From NCBI GenBank assembly GCA_963837375.1, contig CAWINL010000003.1:12808-76807 (forward strand): a stretch of 64,000 bases of DNA, read 5' to 3'. Source of the DNA: an uncultured Alphaproteobacteria bacterium (lineage in GTDB: Bacteria > Pseudomonadota > Alphaproteobacteria > Rhizobiales > Beijerinckiaceae). This document shows, piece by piece, positions 37,998 through 45,295 of the stretch. The notes under the pieces were generated by a model. The model saw only the letters and a list, made by a program, of their open reading frames with translations, was not told the origin of the DNA and did no database searches. The translations under genes were made by a program, and so were the position numbers. The first letter of the stretch is position 1. Each line of letters opens with the position of its first letter.

Positions 37998-38566
37998 GGC
38001 CGTGCTCCTTGCTCTTGCGACGCCTCTGCAGCTTTCGCTGACGATGCCATGTCTGAGGTTCGCCGCTGGTTCGGCATGGGGCTTGTCAGGCCGAAGAAAC
38101 GCGGACCGGACCAGTGCGCGCCGGTGATGTGGTGCGCGATCCGGGTCAGGGACCGATAGGTCTGTCCGGCATACGCAAACCCCGCCTCGGTGACCGTGAC
38201 CACATGGGGTTTTCCATGCCATTCCCTGACCAGGCGGCTGCCGGGCTTGATGCTGACCGCGATCGGAGCGGTGATGTCGCCTTGCGATGCAAACTCCTGC
38301 TGCAAGGCGCGAAGCTTGCGCTGTGTCGTTTTCGTCAGACCGCCGAGGCTTTGTTCCTGCAGTCGACGATAGGCAAGGCCGCGGATCATCAGGTCGCGAC
38401 TGATGGTGGGTTGTGATGCGCGGAACAACCGCCGCCATAACGCCCGCAATGTTGCCAGGCTCATCTGCGGCAGATCGGGCAGGGCCGCAGCGGATTCGTT
38501 GCCCATCGCGCCCGTCGGGGTCACCTGGCGTCCTTCGCCGCCGCTGGTTTCATTCGTCTCGAACAT
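37994..38566 (-). CDS. DUF2924 family protein
   Basis: LRALWRRLF, LAYRRLQEQSLGGL, RLVREWHG, YRSLTRIAHHITGAHWSGPRFFGL; ATGA overlap with the recombinase. Confidence 0.85.
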   Translation of the reverse strand: MFETNETSGGEGRQVTPTGAMGNESAAALPDLPQMSLATLRALWRRLFRASQPTISRDLMIRGLAYRRLQEQSLGGLTKTTQRKLRALQQEFASQGDITAPIAVSIKPGSRLVREWHGKPHVVTVTEAGFAYAGQTYRSLTRIAHHITGAHWSGPRFFGLTSPMPNQRRTSDMASSAKAAEASQEQGARP

Positions 38567-38650
38567 CCGGGTCCTTTCCGCACTGCGCCATGGTACTGGG
38601 ACAAGCCCGGAGCATTGACCGGGCGGGATGAGACGACATGGTTCAGGACC

Positions 38651-38674
38651 ATTGCTTGCTGCGGAGACGAAGTC
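38651..38674 (-). promoter_or_regulatory. Element motif copy 1, upstream of DUF2924
   Basis: Minus strand GACTTCgtcTCCgcaGCAAGCAaT; matches copy 2. Confidence 0.55.
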
Positions 38675-38716
38675 CACCGACCTCGCCTCCGTCGCTCTAC
38701 GTCGGTCAGGAGCTGA

Positions 38717-38888
38717 TCAGTTCTCCCGATAACCCTGCGCCATAAAGCACCGGCGCATGATGTCGATCCCCAACCGCATGGCCTGATCGGGAGCATAAAG
38801 GTGGCCGTGCAAGGGATTGATGCGGTCCGCTTGGTTGACGTGCAGCATGGCGACGTCGCCTGACGCGAGCGTGGCGTTCGATGACCAT
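38717..38888 (-). CDS. Small hypothetical protein (43 aa intact, 56 aa after one indel correction)
   Basis: ATG 2 nt after the DUF3489 stop with a GGAG RBS; MVIDATLASGDVAMLHVNQADRINPLHGHLYAPDQAMRLGIDIMRRCFMAQGYREN. Confidence 0.45.
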
Positions 38889-38890
38889 GA

Positions 38891-39505
38891 TCAAGCTCCC
38901 GCGCCGATGACTGGCGCCTTCGGGTTCGCGATCACCGCGGCAGGCAGTTCCGACCAAGGACTCGCGGTCACGCGATAGCGCGACGGCTCGCCGGCCGCCT
39001 GGATGCGCTCGAGCACCATCCCCGTCTTGCGGAGTCCCGAGAGGGCGGCCCGCGTCGTATGCGCCAGCCCGCCGGTGGCCTGCATGAGATCGGCCAGCGA
39101 GGCGCCCTGGTCCTGTAGCAGCAGGGATATGACCAGGGCGCGCTTCGAGCCCACCTTCAGGGTGGTGCGGATTTTTTTGCGGACATTCGAGTCGCAAGGG
39201 TCGCCGTCCGCTGGAAGGACGGCGTCGTCCAATACTGGCGTGCCGGGCGCGACCTCCGGCTCGATTCCGATCGCACATAACCCCGCCGGCGTGATGCGGT
39301 AACCATGTCGAACCATTTCGTCGTCCTCATGCCAGACCGGGTCATTTGTCGTGACGATGACCGGTTCGATCAAACCGGCCCTGGTCAGTTTCTCGAGCGC
39401 CTCGCGCCGGAGATATTTGGGCCGTACAAGGAGTCCGTCATCTCGCTGCGCGGCCGACGAGAGCAGTACGAACTGGGAATCGCTGAGTTTAAGGGTGGTT
39501 GCCAT
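38891..39505 (-). CDS. DUF3489 family protein (probable winged-helix)
   Basis: KLSDSQFVLLSSAAQRDDG; SKRALVISLL..GASLADLMQATGGLAHTTRAALSGLRK. Confidence 0.85.
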   Translation of the reverse strand: MATTLKLSDSQFVLLSSAAQRDDGLLVRPKYLRREALEKLTRAGLIEPVIVTTNDPVWHEDDEMVRHGYRITPAGLCAIGIEPEVAPGTPVLDDAVLPADGDPCDSNVRKKIRTTLKVGSKRALVISLLLQDQGASLADLMQATGGLAHTTRAALSGLRKTGMVLERIQAAGEPSRYRVTASPWSELPAAVIANPKAPVIGAGA

Positions 39506-39691
39506 CGGAGGTGCCTTTTTGGGTGGTGGCGGCATCAGCGCCGCCACGCCGTCAACCCCGCCTTCACGATCGAGCGCGGCGGGGTGGTATCTCGGTCGCG
39601 GAATCCGCGTGCTCTTCCGTCCAGTCAGTTTTTCTTCAGCACTCCTGTTCGCCCTGTCGTGGCCAGATCGCCAGCCTGCCCTGTCCCCATG

Positions 39692-39715
39692 AATGCTTGC
39701 CGTGGATGGGAAGTC
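39692..39715 (-). promoter_or_regulatory. Element motif copy 2, upstream of DUF3489
   Basis: Minus strand GACTTCccaTCCacgGCAAGCAtT. Confidence 0.55.
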
Positions 39716-39789
39716 GAGCGTCTGCGGGCTCACAAAAATGCTTTGTCGGCGGCTGTTTTGTCCCGGCATGACAATCTGCACCATTCGCT

Positions 39790-39823
39790 AAAAACCCGCC
39801 CGTGCCGACCGACACGGGCGGGT
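39790..39823 (-). terminator. Intrinsic terminator after terL
   Basis: ACCCGCCCGTG-N8-CACGGGCGGGT with a minus-strand T tract. Confidence 0.75.
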
Positions 39824-39848
39824 CTGGTTGGTTGCCGTCGGGATCCCG

Positions 39849-41303
39849 TCATCGCGCGGCGCGGGCCGGCCGAACAATGCTTTGCGGTCTCCTGATGCTT
39901 TGCGGGCGCTCGGGGACCGTCGGCGTGCGGGCCGTCAGATATTTCAAGCGCCTGGCTGGTGGCATCGACCTGGTCGTCGTGGCGGCCCGCAGGAAACGCC
40001 AGAAGCTCGGACAGGTAGGCGCCAAGCCACTCCGCCTCGCGCGGCAGATAGACCTGCCCGGCCTCGAACCGCGCCGCCTGCGCCAGCAGCCGCGCGGTCT
40101 TGTCGAATTTCGAGCGTTGCAGGAGCGGGTAGAGGTCGCCGGTCCGCCGCAGATCCTGCGACATCGCCCGCCCGAGTTCGGTATCCTCGATCAGGGTCGC
40201 ATCGGCCCGGTGAGTCGCGCGACAGCGCCACGATCCGGCGCCGCAGCTCCGGGCTCTCGAAGCGATCCCGCACCACGTCGATCAGGTAGTATTCCTGGCC
40301 GACCGCACCCCAGACCATTCCGACCGACCAGTCCGACGGCCTCCCCCAGCGTCGAGGCGGTGTCCCACGAGACGATCTTGAGATCGAAGGCATCGGGCAG
40401 GTGATCATAGGTCTTGAGCCACTCGCGCTTGATCACGTTGCCCTCGGCGGGCAGCGGATTCTGCTGATATTGGGCCGAGAAGTTCAGGCTGCCGAGATTG
40501 CGCCGGGCCGCCTCGAGCCATTCCGCCGGTTCGCGTTCGGGATGCAGCACATCGCCGGCGCGCCGGTGGATCACGGCGTCCTGTCGCCGAACCGACCCGG
40601 ATGTGGCTATCGTCCGGGGCGATGGCCGGGATCGACAGCACCTCCCAGTCCTCCTTGTCCAGCACATGGCCGACGAGATCGTCCTGATGCAGGCGCTGCA
40701 TGACGATCACGATGGCGCCGTTCACCTTGTCGTTGAGGCGCGAGTACAGCGTGCTGTCGTAGAACTCGGCGACGCGCCGCCGCTCGGCCTGCGACAGCGC
40801 CGCCGCCAGGCCCTTGATCGGATCGTCGATGACGATGAGGTCGGCGCCCCGCCCGAGCACCGAGCCGCCGATCGAACCGGCAAAGCGATAGCCATGCTCG
40901 GCTTGTCGTCAGCTCGGTCTCGCGCACGACTGGTTGCCTCGAAGCCGGGGAACAGCGCCTTGTACCAGGCGCTCCCGACGATCGTCCGGAAGTCGATCGC
41001 GTGCTTGCGCGCGAGATCGTTGGCATAGGAGATCGCCATGATCCGCTTGCGCGGATCATGGCCCATCAGCCAGGCGGTAAAGCCGATCGTCACCGCGATC
41101 GATTTGCACGAGCGCGGCGGCACATTGATGATCAGGCGTTTGCACTCGCCGTTGCGGACCCGCATCAGCTGATAGGCGATGGCGTGCATGTGCCAGTTGT
41201 CGCGGTAGGGCGTGCCGGGCTCGAGGGTGGCAAAGCACCGCTCGATGAAGCTCGCCAGATCCGTCCGCAGGATTGCCTGCAGGAAGGCGGCGCGATCACT
41301 CAT
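39849..41303 (-). CDS. terL: Phage terminase large subunit (frameshifted)
   Basis: NWH, Walker A PPRSCKS, Walker B LIVIDDP, MQRLHQDD, AQYQQNP; nuclease SWDTA and HDDQVDA. Confidence 0.88.
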
Positions 41304-41743
41304 CGCTCGCCTCCTGTCGTCGCCAGGCTCGGTCAGGATGCTCCTGGCCGCCTTGCCGTCGCTGCAGGTAGCGTGCGATCACCTCCTCATCGTCCGGATT
41401 CATCTCTTCGTCTTCCACCATCGTTGTCTCCGCGTGGCTTCTTGTCGAGCGCCATCATCTTGGTGAGCATGTTGAGCGCCCGGATGTTGCCCGCGAGCGC
41501 CATCTCGAGAAGCTTCTGGTAGGACGGCTTCGCTCGCCGGGATGAGCTTGCGCCGGCCGTCGACGATGATGGGAGATCGGTTGTGAGAGAACGCGCTGCA
41601 GCGCGTTCTCCTGCGATGGTGTCTTTCTTCGGACGTCCCTTGGGATTGCCGCTGCGGCCCGGCTGGAACCGCGAATGGGCGGGCGGCTTGCCGTAGCCGA
41701 CCTCGTAGTCAGGTTGACCGCTCTTGCCTCTCTTACGCGACAT
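41300..41743 (-). CDS. DUF5681 family protein (in the small-terminase position; frameshifted)
   Basis: YEVGYGKPPAHSRFQPGRSGNPKGRPK; ALAGNIRA; ATGA overlap with terL. Confidence 0.8.
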
Positions 41744-42497
41744 GATCGGCCTCCCCTGCGCCAGAGGCTGCGCTCGCCGACGCGACCGCCTCGCGCTGTC
41801 GCGCGATCTGCCATCTCGGCAAAACTCAGGCCGGTCTCGGCATGGAGAGCCGACTTTCCGGTCAGCTTCTCCCAGCGCCTGATCGTGACGTCGACATAGA
41901 CGGGATCGAGTTCGACGAGATAACCCCGCCGCTTGGTCTTCTCCGCCGCGATCAGGGTCGTGCCGCTGCCGCCAAAGGCATCGAGGATGATGCCTCGGGG
42001 CTTCGAGCAATCCTTGATCGCATCCATCACCATGGCGCAGGGTTTGACCGTCGGATGAGCCGAGAGCTCCTCCATCCGGCCCGGAGCGGAAGGTGTTCAC
42101 CCCGGCATAGGACCAGTGGTTCGTCCGATAACGTCCATGCTTGCCGAGTTCGACATTGTTGATGTGCGGCGCCTTGCCTTTCTTCCACAACACGATCAGC
42201 TCATGCGCGGACCGATAGAGCGAGCCCATGCCGCCATTGGTCTTGGTCCAGCAGATGATGTTCTTCAGCTCGTCAAAAATCGGCTCGCCGGCATTGAGCA
42301 AGAGATTGAGTCCGCGCCAGTCCATGCAGGCATAGAGCAGCGCGCCGTCGGCCATCACCGCATGGATGCGGGTCAGGACCTCGCTGAGGAACGAGCCGAA
42401 CTGGGCGTCCGTCATTTCGCCCGAGGCCATGGCGAATTCGCGATGCTGGACCCGACCAAGCCCGCAGACATGGTTGGCGATGGGCACGTTGGGCGGT
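41733..42497 (-). pseudogene. N4/N6 DNA methyltransferase, 5'-truncated at motif IV
   Basis: HREFAMASGEM, GMGSLYRSAHE, HPTVKP, DAFGGSGTT, ELDP present; DPPY reads VPPN and homology stops there. Confidence 0.8.
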
Positions 42498-42499
42498 AC

Positions 42500-42869
42500 T
42501 GCCAAGATGTGCCATAAGCCGATCTGACTCTTGGAACGGATACTTGACCTTCTCCCACAGCCATAGGCATAAATACATGGCACCGTTTGGAACACGGTAG
42601 AAGTTGACCACCTCCTGCAATAGCGGCGTAATGCACACGACCTGTCCCCACCGCTCAGGTCAAAACGGTCTCTGTTGCTCAAGTTAAGCTGGCTTGCCCA
42701 CAACCGGCGAGGTTCGCCGAAACGAAACTGCTCGGAATGCGACCGCCGTATCCTGTGGGACCCACAGGACACAATGGTCCGCAAGGGTTAAAATTTGACC
42801 TTTGAAGTTCGCATTTGAAGTCGCCTCGTCGGCAGCAAGCCGACCATGTCGTATTTCCAAGTTGTGCCA
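42500..42869. repeat. Three copies of TKCCAA-N3-GTGCCA (42500-42514 +, 42578-42592 -, 42855-42869 +)
   Basis: tgccaagatgtgcca; ttccaaacggtgcca (reverse strand); ttccaagttgtgcca. Confidence 0.5.
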
Positions 42870-43029
42870 AGAGCAACCGTTCGGGTAGCAAGGTTGCGAC
42901 GGTTCGCGGCAAATCGTGAAATGCCCACTCGGCCGACGCCAATTCGCGGCCAGGAGCCACATCAGAAGGCGATAGCGCGCTTCTCGGTTTTCCCCGGGCG
43001 CAAGCAAGCCGATCATCGGTTCACGGCGC

Positions 43030-43420
43030 GGCTCGGCACCTGAAAGGGACCGTCCTGCCCCGGCGTAATGGCGAAGATCATCCGCGCCGTTCGCGATGAG
43101 ACCGGCAAGGCTCTTGCGGCGGGGCAACGCCGCACGAGTGTTCGCATACGACCGCTGACTGGAGATTAGCGTTTGCGTCGATCACCACGACATCCCCAGC
43201 CTTGGCGTGCTCGATCACGTGGATGGCGGCACCGATGTCCCCGGGCTCACACCAGGGGGTCACGGCCACGCCCAACAGCCGGGCGCTGCCGAGCGGGCGC
43301 AACGGCCGGATGTCGGGGTCCATCAGCAGGCGCCCGCCGCTAGTCGGGCAGCTTCCAGCGACCTTGGAATGAAGGTTGCTGTCGTGACGGCGATGAGCGT
43401 CGCGGGCACCGCCATACTGG
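43030..43420 (-). pseudogene. RraA/HMG-aldolase family remnant
   Basis: MDPDIRPL...LLGVAVT...GDVVVIDA...SAVVCE; broken and C-terminally truncated. Confidence 0.6.
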
Positions 43421-43597
43421 ACGTCGTTGTCAACAAAACCGGGTCGCAAGCGCGGCTCGCCCCGATTGCTACCTCACCGGCAAAGTGTTAAATTGTGACG
43501 TCGTACTACATGGCGAATTTAAGTGGCGATGCAGGCTAAGCACCGCTTGGCCCTGCCGATTTGGCTACGTTCTTCCCAAGTCTGGAAGGATGGAGGC

Positions 43598-44227
43598 ATG
43601 ACACAGGTTCTTGCGTTAGCACTCGTGAGCGTATTGGCGTTGACAGCAGAGACTGAGGGTGCAACTCGCAAACAGCGGGCGGCACCGAATTCGGACCGGG
43701 CCATGCCCAATCAAATGGCGCAGGAGCAGGATGAATTCAGGTGGTGCGACGTTGCGGTCCGAGATTTTGTTCAAGGAAGAACGGAGGCCACGGCTCTTCC
43801 GGTCAAAGAGGTAAAAGTAGATGGGTTGAGAATGACGTTGAACTTTGTCCATCCCTATGGTGAAAGCGGAGATACTCCGCCCAATCTCGGCTTCACGCGA
43901 GGTGAATCAATCGAGGAACGCCGCAAAACTTTGAATGAGACCAAGCTGAAAATCCGGACACTGGCGGAAGCCGCAAAAAGTGGAAACGTCTGGTACGTTA
44001 TCGCGGTCGCGAAAGACAATCTGGAAGCGGGTCGCGGAGGGGCTGAAGAAAATCGCCCGTCAGCTTCAGCCGTGGTAATGGCAAGCATTGACAACAAATG
44101 TGTGACCATCTCTGAGTACAAGAAAATCCCCCTCGACAGTTTGAGCGACGACTTACGCATCCTGTTGGGAGAGAAGGCCCGAGAGCCTTTGCCCGCCGAA
44201 GGTTCAGCAGCCGCGCCGCCATCGTGA
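43598..44227 (+). CDS. Hypothetical exported protein
   Basis: GGAGG RBS, signal-like MTQVLALALVSVLALTA, two Cys; no recognisable family. Confidence 0.6.
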   Translation: MTQVLALALVSVLALTAETEGATRKQRAAPNSDRAMPNQMAQEQDEFRWCDVAVRDFVQGRTEATALPVKEVKVDGLRMTLNFVHPYGESGDTPPNLGFTRGESIEERRKTLNETKLKIRTLAEAAKSGNVWYVIAVAKDNLEAGRGGAEENRPSASAVVMASIDNKCVTISEYKKIPLDSLSDDLRILLGEKAREPLPAEGSAAAPPS

Positions 44228-44257
44228 GCAGGGGCGGCGTTGGCCGGTCGGTCGAAA

Positions 44258-45295
44258 TCACTGATCGAGAAGATTGGCGATCGCACGAATTCGATTGCGT
44301 GAATACGCCGGAAGTCCGGCGCTGATAGAATCCCCGGAGTTGAATGAGCTTTTTCCCATAAGCACTTGTGCCGGAATCAGGTTTCGCAGCACGGGGACGC
44401 TTTCAAACTCCCTCTTTCGCTCGAGAACATCAGTTTCGATGGCCAGCACCATAAAGACCGTCGCAACGGTCATGCGCGCGTTCGAGGGGTGCTCCTGCAG
44501 AACCGCCATAAGCTTCCCGAATTGCATCACTTGATTCACGTCGAAGATCGTTTGCTCCAGCACGCCGGTAACTGAAGAACGAAGGCCGGTCAGGGAGACA
44601 AGATCGCTCTGCTCGATCTCAGGTGGCGGCCACACCCGTAGCTCGCTTTGGAACTCGATGAAGTCTGAAATTTTTTTTCCGCCCTCCTCTAGCTTGTTGG
44701 CGAGCCGGATGCCGGTGGGCAGCTTCCCTTCAAGCGCGTAGCGCGACTCTATGCAAAGGCTCTGCGGCTCGTCGCACCAAAGCCGATTGGGATGACGATT
44801 ATGGGCGCTTTCCGGGTTCGTGTAGGGGCGCGCGCGGTCGGCCGCAATGAGGTGGTGCTTGATGGCAGGATCAATCTTCTCCAGCACGTCAAGACGTGCC
44901 AAGCTCGCGAGGTCGACACCTGCCGGCGGCTTCGTGATAAGAAGGCGCGCCTCCACCACGTACATGTGCAGCTTCTCGGTGTAAGGCTTCGTGATCCCAT
45001 TCACAGTGACCCGAATCGTCGGCTCGATATAGTCTGGGAATAGGCTTAGGAGCCGCTTTCCAACTGGCATCGCACGCGACCAGTCCGCAAACGGGATTAG
45101 GCCAGTTCCAGGATCAGTTAGCTTGCCGTCGCGATGGTCGCTGAAGACGATCGTTTTCGGATTCATCTGCGCTGGAACCGCGGCCGTTGCCGACCGAACC
45201 TCCTCGACCCGGAAATCCTCTGCACGTGGACCCTCGAAAGGAGCGGCGAAAATGACCAATACGACGATTCGAATGAGTGATACCGGAGGTTTCAT
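44258..45295 (-). CDS. Hypothetical exported protein coupled to the PBP gene
   Basis: Intact 345 aa ORF, signal-like N-terminus, ATGA overlap with the PBP stop. Confidence 0.7.
   Translation of the reverse strand: MKPPVSLIRIVVLVIFAAPFEGPRAEDFRVEEVRSATAAVPAQMNPKTIVFSDHRDGKLTDPGTGLIPFADWSRAMPVGKRLLSLFPDYIEPTIRVTVNGITKPYTEKLHMYVVEARLLITKPPAGVDLASLARLDVLEKIDPAIKHHLIAADRARPYTNPESAHNRHPNRLWCDEPQSLCIESRYALEGKLPTGIRLANKLEEGGKKISDFIEFQSELRVWPPPEIEQSDLVSLTGLRSSVTGVLEQTIFDVNQVMQFGKLMAVLQEHPSNARMTVATVFMVLAIETDVLERKREFESVPVLRNLIPAQVLMGKSSFNSGDSISAGLPAYSRNRIRAIANLLDQ

Larger units (their letters stand above)
35896..42497 (-). mobile_element. tRNA-Ser-adjacent integrative element (LSR, DUF2924, DUF3489, TerL, DUF5681, DNA MTase); interrupted at its right side
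   Basis: Recombinase directly downstream of the tRNA; co-oriented phage-like genes; core synteny ends here; no second att site seen in the window. Confidence 0.8.

Noticed and set aside
37998-38438. 147-aa N-terminal extension of the recombinase ORF
   Set aside because: Overlaps DUF2924 in another frame; the likely start is the ATG at 37997.
42500-42869. Sigma54 promoters (TGGCAC...)
   Set aside because: Spacing is TGGCAC-N3-TTGG, not TGGCAC-N5-TTGC.
43490-43512. CRP/FNR-like site (TGTGA...)
   Set aside because: Only one half-site matches at the correct spacing.
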